Of a stretch of 64,000 nt of DNA, positions 11,819 to 21,405 are shown in pieces. Position numbers and translations under genes: made by a program. Every line of letters begins with the position of its first letter. Position 1 is the first letter of the stretch. This DNA is from Hydrurus foetidus (taxonomy: Eukaryota): positions 3,720,001-3,784,000 of the forward strand of contig UYFQ01000001.1 of the NCBI GenBank assembly GCA_900617105.1. Reading direction: 5' to 3'. Below the pieces are notes generated by a model. It was given only the letters and a program-made list of their open reading frames with translations, did no database searches and had not been told where the DNA came from.

Positions 11819-11864
11819 TTTAAAAATTCCAAACCCGCTGAATTGCGGGTTTGGAATTTTTAAA
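11819..11864. terminator. Long perfect hairpin, probable bidirectional terminator
   Basis: TTTAAAAATTCCAAACCCGC-TGAATT-GCGGGTTTGGAATTTTTAAA, a 20-bp perfect stem. Confidence 0.7.
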
Positions 11865-11923
11865 CAGCGTTTTTTAGAAAATTTTTTCGGTCACCTCCAA
11901 TGTCGTCAAACGCTGGGCCTCAC

Positions 11924-12904
11924 ATGCAGCCACAACACTCGGACTTCATGCTTTTTACCGGCAATGCCAATCCCGGCATGGCCCTTGAAATAGCGGAGCA
12001 CTTGGGTATTGCGCTAGGTGCAGCGCACGTGGGGCGTTTTTCAGACGGTGAAGTGACTGTTGAAATCCAGCAAAACGTGCGAGCACGTGACGTGTTTGTG
12101 GTGCAGTCCACCTGTGCGCCCACCAACGAAAACCTGATGGAATTGCTGATCATGGTCGACGCACTCAAACGTGCATCGGCTGAACGCATTTCCGCAGTTA
12201 TTCCTTATTTTGGCTATGCCCGGCAAGATCGCCGCCCGCGATCAGCCCGCGTACCCATTACAGCCAAAATGGTTGCCAATATGCTGCAGGCAGTTGGTGT
12301 GTCACGCGTGTTAACGATGGATTTGCATGCCGACCAGATTCAAGGTTTTTTTGATATTCCGGTAGACAATATTTACGCGTCACCTGTGTTGTTAGGTGAT
12401 TTGCGGCAAAAAAACTATTCAGATTTGATGGTGGTTTCGCCCGACGTCGGCGGCGTGGTTCGTGCACGCGCTTTGGCCAAGCAACTGGGCTGCGACATGG
12501 CAATTATTGACAAGCGGCGGCCTAAAGCCAATGTGTCTGAAGTCATGCACGTGATTGGGGACATTGAAGGGCGCAATTGCGTCATCATGGACGACATGAT
12601 TGATACGGCCGGCACGCTGGTCAAGGCGGCCGAAGTGCTTAAAGAGCGCGGTGCCAAAAAAGTTTATGCGTATTGCACGCACCCGATTTTTTCAGGCCCT
12701 GCCATCGACCGCATTGCCCAAGGCGACGCGCTTGATGAAGTCGTGATCACCAACACAATTCCGCTTAGCCAGAACGCCATGGCATGCAAAAAAATCCGTC
12801 AGCTCTCGGTTGGGCCATTGATCGCTGAAACCATTCAGCGAATTGCCAAGGGAGAGTCGGTGATGAGTTTGTTTTCAGATCAAGACCAAGCGGTTTTGCT
12901 TTGA
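11924..12904 (+). CDS. prs: Ribose-phosphate pyrophosphokinase (alternative start 11900)
   Basis: [43 protein letters not shown]. Confidence 0.97.
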   Translation: MQPQHSDFMLFTGNANPGMALEIAEHLGIALGAAHVGRFSDGEVTVEIQQNVRARDVFVVQSTCAPTNENLMELLIMVDALKRASAERISAVIPYFGYARQDRRPRSARVPITAKMVANMLQAVGVSRVLTMDLHADQIQGFFDIPVDNIYASPVLLGDLRQKNYSDLMVVSPDVGGVVRARALAKQLGCDMAIIDKRRPKANVSEVMHVIGDIEGRNCVIMDDMIDTAGTLVKAAEVLKERGAKKVYAYCTHPIFSGPAIDRIAQGDALDEVVITNTIPLSQNAMACKKIRQLSVGPLIAETIQRIAKGESVMSLFSDQDQAVLL

Positions 12905-12950
12905 ATCAAAAAGCGGTTGCATCGGCGTTTTCGCCAGCGCAGCCTTTTTA

Positions 12951-12995
12951 TGTCGGGGAAAGCTGGTCGCGGCCTACCCCTTTAAGGAGAAGTTT
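12951..12995 (+). promoter_or_regulatory. Possible rplY (L25) autoregulatory leader
   Basis: GGGGAAAGCTGGTCGCGGCCTACCCC hairpin with a CTGGTCGC core just before the rplY RBS; recalled resemblance to proteobacterial L25 leaders. Confidence 0.45.
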
Positions 12996-13697
12996 ATGAA
13001 ATTCGTCGCTTTTGAGCGCGCCAAGCAGGGTACGGGTGCGAGCCGCCGTCTCCGCATTACGGGCCGCACACCCGGTATCGTTTATGGTGGCACGGGCGAG
13101 CCAGCGTTGATCGAAATCGATCACAACGCTTTGTTCCATGCCATCAAAAAAGAAGCTTTCCACGCGTCCATCCTTGAGATGGAACTGGGCGGCAAAGAAC
13201 ACAAAGTGCTATTGCGCGATTTGCAAATGCACCCGTTCAAGCAGCAAATTTTGCACATTGACTTTCAGCGCGTGGAAGCCAAAACCCGCATGACCGTTAA
13301 AGTGCCGCTGCACTACAGCGGCGAAGAGAATTCACCGGCTGTCAAAACCGAAAACTGCCTGGCCAACCACGTGTTGACTGAGTTGACCATTTCGTGCTTC
13401 CCAGCTGATATTCCTGAGTCTATCGATGTTGATTTGAGCAACTTGAAAAAGGGTTCATCGCTGCATGTTAAAGACATTACGCTGCCAAAAGGCGTCAAGT
13501 TTGTTGCCAAGGGCCAGGTCAACCCGGTTTTAGTGTCAGTAACCGCCATCGTTGAAGAAGTTGAAGCAGTAGCGCCCCTAGCTGACGCTTCTGGCGGCAA
13601 AGATGCTAAAGCTGCTGCCGGTAAGGCCGCTGCTGCTGCAAAAGATGCCGCTAAACCCGCAGCTAAACCCGCAGCCAAGCCTGCTGCCAAGAAGTAA
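12996..13697 (+). CDS. rplY: 50S ribosomal protein L25 / general stress protein Ctc
   Basis: [29 protein letters not shown]; Ala/Lys-rich tail. Confidence 0.96.
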   Translation: MKFVAFERAKQGTGASRRLRITGRTPGIVYGGTGEPALIEIDHNALFHAIKKEAFHASILEMELGGKEHKVLLRDLQMHPFKQQILHIDFQRVEAKTRMTVKVPLHYSGEENSPAVKTENCLANHVLTELTISCFPADIPESIDVDLSNLKKGSSLHVKDITLPKGVKFVAKGQVNPVLVSVTAIVEEVEAVAPLADASGGKDAKAAAGKAAAAAKDAAKPAAKPAAKPAAKK

Positions 13698-13737
13698 GCG
13701 TTCGCGTTACGAGCTTAATCGCCTAGTTGAGCTTCAA

Positions 13738-13772
13738 GGCTCCTGCATTCGCAAGACTGCAGGAGTTTTTTT
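13738..13772 (+). terminator. Rho-independent terminator after rplY
   Basis: CTCCTGCA..TGCAGGAG stem followed by T7. Confidence 0.75.
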
Positions 13773-13808
13773 ATTGGGCTTTAAAATTCAGGGCATGGAC
13801 TTTTTGGC

Positions 13809-14408
13809 ATGATTAAACTGTTTGTTGGCTTGGGCAACCCCGGTGCCGAGTACGAAGCGACCCGTCATAACGCGGGATTTTGGTGGATAGAAGCGCTTTC
13901 GCGCGAGCTCAAAGCGCCGCTAAGTTTCGATAAAAGTTATTTTGGGCAGGTAGCCAGAACCACCGTGAGCGGGCAGGCAGTTTGGCTGCTTGCGCCACAG
14001 ACTTTTATGAACTTGTCGGGCAAATCAGTTGCTGCACTGGCACGTTTTTTTAAAATCAAGCCTGAAGAAGTACTGGTGGCGCACGATGAGCTCGACATAC
14101 CGCCAGGGCAAGTCAAGCTGAAGTTTGGCGGAAGCCACGCGGGGCATAACGGCCTGCGCGACATTCATGCGCAGCTGGCCACTGGCGACTATTGGCGGCT
14201 TCGTTTGGGCGTAGGTCACCCGGGTAGTAAAGACGAAGTTGTCGATTGGGTACTCAGAAAGCCAATGGCGGAACATCGTCTGGCCATTGAGGAGTGCATT
14301 GCGCGCTCGCTCAAAAGCGTTCCTGCCATGTTAAATGGTGAAATGGACAAAGCCACCATGATGATTCACACCAACACACCCGTCAGGCCCAAGCCGCCCC
14401 GAAAATAA
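13809..14408 (+). CDS. pth: Peptidyl-tRNA hydrolase
   Basis: GLGNPG..Y..TRHNAGF, TFMNLSG, HDELD, GHNGL. Confidence 0.97.
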   Translation: MIKLFVGLGNPGAEYEATRHNAGFWWIEALSRELKAPLSFDKSYFGQVARTTVSGQAVWLLAPQTFMNLSGKSVAALARFFKIKPEEVLVAHDELDIPPGQVKLKFGGSHAGHNGLRDIHAQLATGDYWRLRLGVGHPGSKDEVVDWVLRKPMAEHRLAIEECIARSLKSVPAMLNGEMDKATMMIHTNTPVRPKPPRK

Positions 14409-14491
14409 GTGGCAGTGCCGGCTGAGTCCGAAAATGAAACTCCAGAAAAGCCAGCTTAAGTAGCTGGATTGCAAGGTTAGGGTTAATTTAT

Positions 14492-14540
14492 GCTATTAAT
14501 ATAGGAGCTGCTCGCGCCCGTATTTATTGGCTAAACGGCA
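14492..14540 (+). repeat. GCTAT-N7-ATAGC palindromic repeat, intergenic
   Basis: GCTATTAATATAGGAGCTGCTCGCGCCCGTATTTATTGGCTAAACGGC between convergent pth and ffh. Confidence 0.85.
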
Positions 14541-14578
14541 CTTTATGAGTCTAAATAGAGGCTAAAAAGGTCGTTTTC

Positions 14579-15937
14579 TCAAAATTTCGGCATGCCCTTC
14601 ATGCCGCCCATTTTTTTCATCATTTTCATCATCCCGCTGCCCGACATTTTTTTCATCATGCCTTGCATTTGCTCGAACTCATTGAGCAAACGGTTTACTT
14701 CCTGTACGTGAACGCCCGAACCCGCTGCGATGCGGCGTTTGCGGGTGGCTTTAATAAGTTCTGGCTTGCGGCGTTCTAGCGGCGTCATGCTTTGAATAAT
14801 GCCTTCTTTGCGTTTGATGTCTTTTTCGGCCTTGTCCATATCAACCTGACCGGCTTTTGCGGTCATTTGCGCGGGCAGCTTGTCCATCAGGCTGGACAGA
14901 CCGCCCATGCTTTTCATTTGCTGCAATTGGCCTAAAAAGTCTTCCAGGTCAAAGCCGCTGCCTGATTTGAGTTTGGCGGCTAGCTTTTGGGCGGCGGCCA
15001 CGTCAACGCCAGCCGTGACTTGCTCGACCAGCGCCACGATGTCGCCCATGCCCAGAATGCGGCCCGCGTGGCGCTCGGCGTCGAAGACTTCAAGGCCGTC
15101 CAGCTTTTCGCTGGTACCCGCAAATTTAATGGGCGCACCCGTGATTTGCCTCACGCTCAGCGCCGCACCGCCCCGCGAGTCGCCGTCGAGTTTAGTCAGG
15201 ATAATGCCAGTTAAAGGCAGCGCGTCTTTGAAGGCTTTCGCGGTATTGACTGCGTCTTGGCCCTGCATCGCGTCAACGATGAACAAGGTTTCAACGGGAT
15301 TTAAAACCGAGTGCAGCTCTTTGATCTCGGCCATCAACGCTTCGTCAATCGCCAGGCGACCCGCCGTGTCGACCAAGAGCACATCAAAAAAATGGCGCTT
15401 GGCGTAATCAATCGCCGCGCGGGCGATATCGACCGGCTTTTGGTCAGGTGAGCTGGGAAACCACTCCGCGCCCGCCTGCGCGGTAACAGTTTTTAGCTGT
15501 TCGATGGCGGCCGGGCGGTACACGTCGCCCGACACAGTCAGCACTTTTTTCTTGCGTTTCTCAATCAGGTGTTTTGCGAGTTTGGCGGTGGTGGTGGTTT
15601 TTCCAGCGCCCTGCAGACCGGCCATCAAGATGACTGCTGGCGGTTGCGCAGCCAGGTTGATGTCGCTGACTCCTTCGCCCATGGTGGCAGCCAACTCTTT
15701 GCTGACAATACTCACCAGCACCTGCCCGGGCTGGAGCGAGCCCATCACCTCGGCGCCAAGTGCTTTGTCCTTTACGCGGGCGATAAAGTCCCGCACCACT
15801 GGCAACGCCACGTCTGCCTCTAAAAGCGCCACCCGAACTTCCCGGAGCATGTCTTGCACGTTCGCCTCGGTGATGCGGGCTTGCCCCCGCATTTCTTTAA
15901 CCAGGCGGGAGAGTTTGTCTGTGAGGGCTGAGGCCAT
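14579..15937 (-). CDS. ffh: Signal recognition particle protein
   Basis: GLQGAGKTTT, DVYRPAA, DTAGR, TKLDGD, Met-rich M domain. Confidence 0.98.
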   Translation of the reverse strand: MASALTDKLSRLVKEMRGQARITEANVQDMLREVRVALLEADVALPVVRDFIARVKDKALGAEVMGSLQPGQVLVSIVSKELAATMGEGVSDINLAAQPPAVILMAGLQGAGKTTTTAKLAKHLIEKRKKKVLTVSGDVYRPAAIEQLKTVTAQAGAEWFPSSPDQKPVDIARAAIDYAKRHFFDVLLVDTAGRLAIDEALMAEIKELHSVLNPVETLFIVDAMQGQDAVNTAKAFKDALPLTGIILTKLDGDSRGGAALSVRQITGAPIKFAGTSEKLDGLEVFDAERHAGRILGMGDIVALVEQVTAGVDVAAAQKLAAKLKSGSGFDLEDFLGQLQQMKSMGGLSSLMDKLPAQMTAKAGQVDMDKAEKDIKRKEGIIQSMTPLERRKPELIKATRKRRIAAGSGVHVQEVNRLLNEFEQMQGMMKKMSGSGMMKMMKKMGGMKGMPKF

Positions 15938-16015
15938 GAAGGGGCTCCGGTGCGGCGGAGTGGTTGAAAAGCTGAAAAAACTGACTGGGCGCCCGTCAAA
16001 GGCTAAACTCAGTGC

Positions 16016-16816
16016 ATGATTTTAGCTATGAGCCAATGGTGGGGACAATTTATTGCATTGAGCTCATTCGTGTTCTATGTTGTTGCTGCCGCCTGCCATC
16101 GCCGCATGGCGCCCGACATGCTTCGCTTGATGCTTTTTGCCGCCTGGGTTTTGCATGGCTTGATGCTCGCTGAAGGTCTGCTGGGCAACCCACCCCGGTT
16201 CGGATTCGCGCCAGCGCTGTCCATGACGATGTGGTTGGTACTTGCGGTTTACGCCGTGCAAAGCAGGTTGTTTCCGCAGCTCAAAGCGCATTGGGCTTTG
16301 GCCGGCTTGGGTGGGGCGTCAGTGGTGTTGGCGAGTTTTTTCCCCGGCTCCAGTTATCTTCATGTAGCTTCCATCTGGCTGCCATTGCATTGGGCGCTGG
16401 GTATTGCGTCGTATGGCCTCTTTGCCGCAGCTTTGGTGCACGGCGGCATGATGCGGCGTACTGAGCGGGCTATGCGAGAAGCCACCCAAAGCGACGCCGG
16501 CCTGCCATTGATGACTTTGGAGCGTCTGACGTTTCGATTCGTCGAGGCTGGCTTTGTGCTCTTGTCGGCAACCTTACTGGTAGGCTGGCTTTTTAGTGAA
16601 CAACTCTACGGTGCAGGCCTGTCCTGGAAGTGGAACCATAAAACCATATTTTCTGTATTGGCCTGGGCAGTGTTTGCGGGCCTGCTCATCGGCAGAGCCA
16701 AGCTCGGCTGGCGCGGGCTCAGGGCGGTACGCGTTTTGTACGTGGGTTGCGGGCTGCTGTTGCTAGGCTACGTGGGCTCCAGGTTCGTGATGGAAGTTGT
16801 GCTGGATCGCGTGTGA
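16016..16816 (+). CDS. Cytochrome c assembly (CcsA/YpjD) family membrane protein
   Basis: Multiple TM helices; LPLMTLE, HKTIFS.LAW, GWRG, YVGSRFV; divergent from ffh. Confidence 0.88.
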   Translation: MILAMSQWWGQFIALSSFVFYVVAAACHRRMAPDMLRLMLFAAWVLHGLMLAEGLLGNPPRFGFAPALSMTMWLVLAVYAVQSRLFPQLKAHWALAGLGGASVVLASFFPGSSYLHVASIWLPLHWALGIASYGLFAAALVHGGMMRRTERAMREATQSDAGLPLMTLERLTFRFVEAGFVLLSATLLVGWLFSEQLYGAGLSWKWNHKTIFSVLAWAVFAGLLIGRAKLGWRGLRAVRVLYVGCGLLLLGYVGSRFVMEVVLDRV

Positions 16817-17073
16817 AATACGCCGTTCTGATCGCATTCGTGGCCCTTGGGCTTTGGCTTTGGCAACGAAATCGGGCAATAAACCGGCGCGACAACGCCC
16901 GGGGTGACAGAGACGCGAGCGCGTCGGCAGCTAAACCCAAGGCCAGAGGGAGCACTGTTACGCAAATGGTGGCCTGCAGAACTTGCGGCCTTCATCTCCC
17001 TAAAGCTGACGCCTTGCTGGGCACGCGCGGGGTTTATTGTTGTGCGGGCCATCAGCGCCAGGCTGACGATTGA
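16813..17073 (+). CDS. PP0621-family small membrane protein
   Basis: GTG start overlapping the upstream stop; N-terminal TM helix, MVAC..CGLHLP..DAL....YCC..H. Confidence 0.8.
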   Translation: MKYAVLIAFVALGLWLWQRNRAINRRDNARGDRDASASAAKPKARGSTVTQMVACRTCGLHLPKADALLGTRGVYCCAGHQRQADD

Positions 17074-17089
17074 ATTGACTGATCAGCGC

Positions 17090-18808
17090 ATGACTGACGT
17101 GCTGGGATTGGCGCCTGAGCAAGCCGAAGGGCGTGCCAAGAGCTGGAGCGTCGAACAAGAATACGCGTCCTTTGGCCGGATGTGGCGCACTTTTATGACG
17201 GCCCGCGTTTTGATTGCGGTAGTGCTGGTTGCGCTGCAAAGCCTGATTTACTATTTCGGGAACGCGCCAGATAAATGGCCCATCGTTATATGCGGCCTGT
17301 ACCTGGTTGCCACGCTTGCTGTCAGGGTGCTTTCCATGCCGAGGCCGCCCAGTGGCGTTTTCGATGCGCAGTGGTTATTGACGATCGGCGTCGACGTTTT
17401 AGCCTTCACTGCACTGAACTTTTTGCAGTCAAGCAGCCTGTATTACACGCCATTGTTCGCATTGCCCGTGCTATTGGCTTCTGTGCTGGGCCCTTTGTTG
17501 CTGGCACTCGGTACCGCAGCCAGCGTGACTATTTTTTTACTTGTCGACGCGTGGAGGCTTTCGTCTCAAGTGCTGGGCGATACATCGGGGCGATTTTTAC
17601 AAGCCGGTCTCAGCGGTTCCGGTTTTTTTGCGGTGGCGCTGCTGGCTAACCAGCTAGCTTTGCGCCTTGCAAGAGAAGAGCAATTGGCCAAGGCAAGCCA
17701 AGCCGTTGCTCGCACACAGACGGAAGTCAATGAGTTGATTGTGGAGACGCTAACTGACGGCGTTTTAGTGATTGACGCCCACGGCATAGTCCGATCGGCC
17801 AACCCGGTTGCCAGGCGACTGCTGACAACGCGCGAGGTTCCGCGGGTGGCGCCATTTGTTCTGGCCGTAGAGCCAGCATGGCAACCCCTGGTTGAAATCA
17901 TGAGCAGAACCATGACGCACGGCCAGCAAGTTGAGGCAGAAGTTAACCTGATTCATGCGGGCAGCAATGCCAGACGGTTGCGCGTACGCACACGACTGGC
18001 AAACGCGCACGATAGTCGCGGAGGTGCGTTGTGCGTGATGTTTCTTGAGGATTTGCGTGAAGTGCAAGCCCGCGTGCGCGTTGAAAAAATGGCAGCAATG
18101 GGCCGAATGTCGGCTGCAGTGGCGCACGAAATCCGCAATCCACTGGCCGCAATTTCACAAGCTAATGCGTTGTTAGGCGAAGACTTGGTGGACAAGGGCC
18201 AACTGCGACTAACCGAGATGGTGCAGCAAAACGTGCACCGGCTGTCAAAAATAGTGGACGACATTCTCAATGTTTCGCGCGTGCAGGTAGTAAACCCGGA
18301 GCAAGTGGCGCTTAGTGTTTTGCTAGATGCCGTCGCCGCCCGAATAACCAACGATTGGGTAAGCCAGACGGCTTCGTCTAATCTCGTTCACGTGTCTCTG
18401 GCCGCAGACAAAAGCGAAGTAATCTTTGACCCCGAGCATTTGCGGCGGGTGCTGATCAACCTTTTAGACAACGCGCTGCGTTACGTCAAACCGTCAGCGC
18501 AGGCCATTCAAATAGAAACTCGCCAGCCACTAAACAGCCCCGCCCGATTGACCGTGTGGAGCAATGGCGAACCGATTGAGAAAACCGTTGAGGCGCATTT
18601 GTTCGAGCCTTTTTTTTCGTCCGAGAGCCGTTCAAGTGGCTTGGGGCTGTACATTTGCAGAGAGCTGTGCGAGCGGTACGGCGCACTGATTGGCTACCAG
18701 CGCGCAGCGCGCCAGTCTGTTCAGGGGAACGAATTTTTTGTAATCTTTAAAACCGCAAGTTTGAAAGCCGTTGCCGCCGGGGGCAAGCCAGACGACTTGT
18801 TTTCCTAG
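17090..18808 (+). CDS. pilS: PilS-like sensor histidine kinase
   Basis: TM region, PAS, H-box AHEIRNPL, N-box NLLDNA, FEPFFS, GLGLYI. Confidence 0.85.
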   Translation: MTDVLGLAPEQAEGRAKSWSVEQEYASFGRMWRTFMTARVLIAVVLVALQSLIYYFGNAPDKWPIVICGLYLVATLAVRVLSMPRPPSGVFDAQWLLTIGVDVLAFTALNFLQSSSLYYTPLFALPVLLASVLGPLLLALGTAASVTIFLLVDAWRLSSQVLGDTSGRFLQAGLSGSGFFAVALLANQLALRLAREEQLAKASQAVARTQTEVNELIVETLTDGVLVIDAHGIVRSANPVARRLLTTREVPRVAPFVLAVEPAWQPLVEIMSRTMTHGQQVEAEVNLIHAGSNARRLRVRTRLANAHDSRGGALCVMFLEDLREVQARVRVEKMAAMGRMSAAVAHEIRNPLAAISQANALLGEDLVDKGQLRLTEMVQQNVHRLSKIVDDILNVSRVQVVNPEQVALSVLLDAVAARITNDWVSQTASSNLVHVSLAADKSEVIFDPEHLRRVLINLLDNALRYVKPSAQAIQIETRQPLNSPARLTVWSNGEPIEKTVEAHLFEPFFSSESRSSGLGLYICRELCERYGALIGYQRAARQSVQGNEFFVIFKTASLKAVAAGGKPDDLFS

Positions 18809-18813
18809 ACATC

Positions 18814-20322
18814 ATGCCGATAAACGCCAGTACGACTTCGCTTCAACCCGCCCAGATATTGGTGATTGATGACGAGCCAGATTTGCGCACGCTGTACGAG
18901 CTGACGCTGCTGCGCGAGGGCTACAGAGTTGAAGCGGCCGGTGACTTGGCCCATGCGCGGCAGTTGCTGGAGACAAAAGGCTTTGACGCGGTAATTACAG
19001 ACATGCAACTGCCAGATGGCCTCGGCCTTGAGTTGCTGCGCGAGATGGTTGTGCAACAGCGAACGGAGCGCTGCGTGGTGATTACAGCGCATGGCTCTGC
19101 TGAAAACGCCGTTGAAGCGCTGAAAGCGGGCGCCTTCGACTATTTGACCAAGCCTGTTGACCTCAAGCAGTTCAGAAGCGTAGTAGCGTCGGCTGTGCAA
19201 GGCACCAGAACGCTGCTGAGCGACAACACGAAATCTCTACCAGCGTCGGTACCCGCAGACACCCGTGATACTCCTCTGTCCGATCTCACTCCGTCTCGCG
19301 TTGACCCTTCGGCGCTAGAGCGCTTGGTTGGTCAGTCAGCAAGCATGCAGTCGGTCAAAGCCAGAATCGTAAAGGTAGCCGGAAGCATGGCCCCGATTCT
19401 TATTCAAGGTGAATCTGGCACCGGAAAAGAGCTGGTGGCGCGGGCGGTTCATGCTTGCAGTCACCGCAGCAGCGGCCCCTTTGTAGCAGTTAACTGCGGT
19501 GCGATTCCCGAAAATCTGCTTGAAGCGGAATTCTTTGGCGCTCGTAAAGGTGCTTACACCGGTGCCAACCAAGACCGCGAAGGTTACTTTCAAGCCGCAA
19601 AGGGCGGGACCTTGTTTTTGGACGAGATTGGTGACTTGCCTTTGGCCATGCAATCAAAGTTGCTCAGGGCGATTCAGGAGCGAGCAGTCAGACCACTGGG
19701 TTCCTCGCAGGAGGAGCCGTCTGATGTGAGGGTAGTCAGCGCCTCTCACAAAGATCTTGCCAGTGCAGTGGCAACAAACGATTTCCGTCAGGACCTGTAT
19801 TACCGGCTGAACGTCATCGTGGTCAAAATCCCACCGCTGCGTGAGCGGCCTGAGGACTTGCCTGAATTGTGCGCGGCGCTGCTGATGCGGATTTGTCGAG
19901 AGTCCGGGTTTCGCGTCCCCGTCCTGGCCCCGGAAGTACTTTCACAACTAAGTGGATATGCATTTCACGGAAACGTGCGCGAGCTAGAAAACATATTGCA
20001 TCGCGCCGTTGCGCTCAGCGACGGAGGTGAGCTGCACCTGGACGATCACGTGAGCAGTGCGGCGCTGGTGGTTGAGCCAGGCGGTGAGGTGATCACGGCC
20101 AGCGCTGAGCCGTTCGACATACCCGACAACTTGCAGAATTACCTCGACGAAAAAGAACGCGCCATACTGTGCAAGGTGCTCGATGAGTGCCGTTTTAACC
20201 GCACTGCGGCGGCGGCCAGATTGGGCTTGACCTTAAGGCAGATCCGCTACCGAATTGCACGGTTGAACATTGCGATGCCTGATGGTGATGTATCGGCTGA
20301 AGCGTCTGGTCAATATGTCTAA
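18814..20322 (+). CDS. pilR: PilR-like sigma54-dependent response regulator
   Basis: Receiver domain, GESGTGKE, GAYTGA, FLDEIGDL, GNVRELEN, Fis-type HTH. Confidence 0.88.
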   Translation: MPINASTTSLQPAQILVIDDEPDLRTLYELTLLREGYRVEAAGDLAHARQLLETKGFDAVITDMQLPDGLGLELLREMVVQQRTERCVVITAHGSAENAVEALKAGAFDYLTKPVDLKQFRSVVASAVQGTRTLLSDNTKSLPASVPADTRDTPLSDLTPSRVDPSALERLVGQSASMQSVKARIVKVAGSMAPILIQGESGTGKELVARAVHACSHRSSGPFVAVNCGAIPENLLEAEFFGARKGAYTGANQDREGYFQAAKGGTLFLDEIGDLPLAMQSKLLRAIQERAVRPLGSSQEEPSDVRVVSASHKDLASAVATNDFRQDLYYRLNVIVVKIPPLRERPEDLPELCAALLMRICRESGFRVPVLAPEVLSQLSGYAFHGNVRELENILHRAVALSDGGELHLDDHVSSAALVVEPGGEVITASAEPFDIPDNLQNYLDEKERAILCKVLDECRFNRTAAAARLGLTLRQIRYRIARLNIAMPDGDVSAEASGQYV

Positions 20323-20893
20323 GCGCAGCGACGCCCCCGGCCTTTGGCAGCACGGCTGGTACCGCTTCGCTAAAGCGTCAGCGTCTCCCAACTTTGAGCT
20401 CAGGCCCGCCGATACAGCTATCGATCTGGTGGTTATTCACTCAATTAGCCTGCCGCCCGGTGAATTCGGAAATGGCAAAGTTCAAAATCTGTTTGCCAAC
20501 CAGCTCGATTGGGATGCGCATACGTACTTCCAGACAATTCGCGGTTTAAAGGTATCCGCGCACTTTTTCATCAGCCGAAGCGGCGAGCTTTGGCAGTTCG
20601 TAAGCTGCGACCACCGCGCGTGGCACGCAGGGCAGTCAAGCCACAATGGCCGCAGCGACTGCAATAACTTTTCGGTTGGAATTGAGTTGGAAGGCGTGGA
20701 AGGCGGACGCTTTGAGTTGCCCCAGTACGAGACTTTGAGCGCGCTGAGTGCGGCAATTGCCGCCAACTACCCGATTCGGTATTTCGCGGGTCACGAGCAC
20801 GTTGCGGCCAGCCGCAAGTCAGACCCAGGCGCAGGTTTTGATTGGCGCTATCTTCAGCGCAGCATAGGTTTGAAGCCGGGCGCTTTGCCTTAA
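20315..20893 (+). CDS. ampD: 1,6-anhydro-N-acetylmuramyl-L-alanine amidase
   Basis: IHSISLPPG, VSAHF, RAWHAG, SVGIELEG, GHEHVA..RKSDPG. Confidence 0.95.
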   Translation: MSKRSDAPGLWQHGWYRFAKASASPNFELRPADTAIDLVVIHSISLPPGEFGNGKVQNLFANQLDWDAHTYFQTIRGLKVSAHFFISRSGELWQFVSCDHRAWHAGQSSHNGRSDCNNFSVGIELEGVEGGRFELPQYETLSALSAAIAANYPIRYFAGHEHVAASRKSDPGAGFDWRYLQRSIGLKPGALP

Positions 20894-21103
20894 GGTCGGC
20901 CAGCCTGATTCGACGCGCCCAGCCGAGCCAAAATGCTCTGCAATCGCCGCAAACGCTGGACTTTTTTCGTGAGCCTCAACATCCGCAACGGTTGTAGGGC
21001 TGCTGCCGTTTTTGTTGGTTGAAGGCGATCTCGCCCGCAGCTGGCAGGCGCCTCTGCTCCCAAGGAATTCGTAAAAACACGTTTCGCTGCAAACAAGCAA
21101 AAA

Positions 21104-21150
21104 ACACTACCGGTAGTGCTTGAATTCTTCAAATACCCTAGGTATAGTGT
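21104..21150 (+). promoter_or_regulatory. Tandem NrdR boxes
   Basis: ACACTACCGGTAGTGC (21104-21119) and ACCCTAGGTATAGTGT (21135-21150), 31 bp apart, fitting acaCwAtATaTwGtgt upstream of nrdAB. Confidence 0.85.
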
Positions 21151-21405
21151 GTTGAGTGCCAAAAATAAAACCAAAGGCATTACATTTAGCTCAACGTAAA
21201 TCTGCATAAAAAAAGCGGCTTTTTAGATCGAGCCTTGGTGATTGCGAGATTCGACGACGCAGTCAGTTCAGGTATTCGACGACGACCCGGCTACAAGAAG
21301 TTATTAAGAACTGAAAAGACAGACAACACAGTTAAAAAGCGAACTGCTTCAGATACAGGCACAAGCTGCCAGCAAAAAATTCAAGAAAAATTCAAGAGGA
21401 AATCG

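Noticed and set aside
21249..21400. Short direct repeats (ATTCGACGACG twice, AAAAATTCAAG twice) in the nrdA leader; possible cobalamin riboswitch
   Set aside because: No B12-box or other riboswitch core recognised, and the repeats are too short to support a call
21235..21405. 57-aa N-terminal extension of NrdA in the ORF track
   Set aside because: A good RBS precedes ATG 21406; the upstream stretch is more likely a leader following the NrdR boxes
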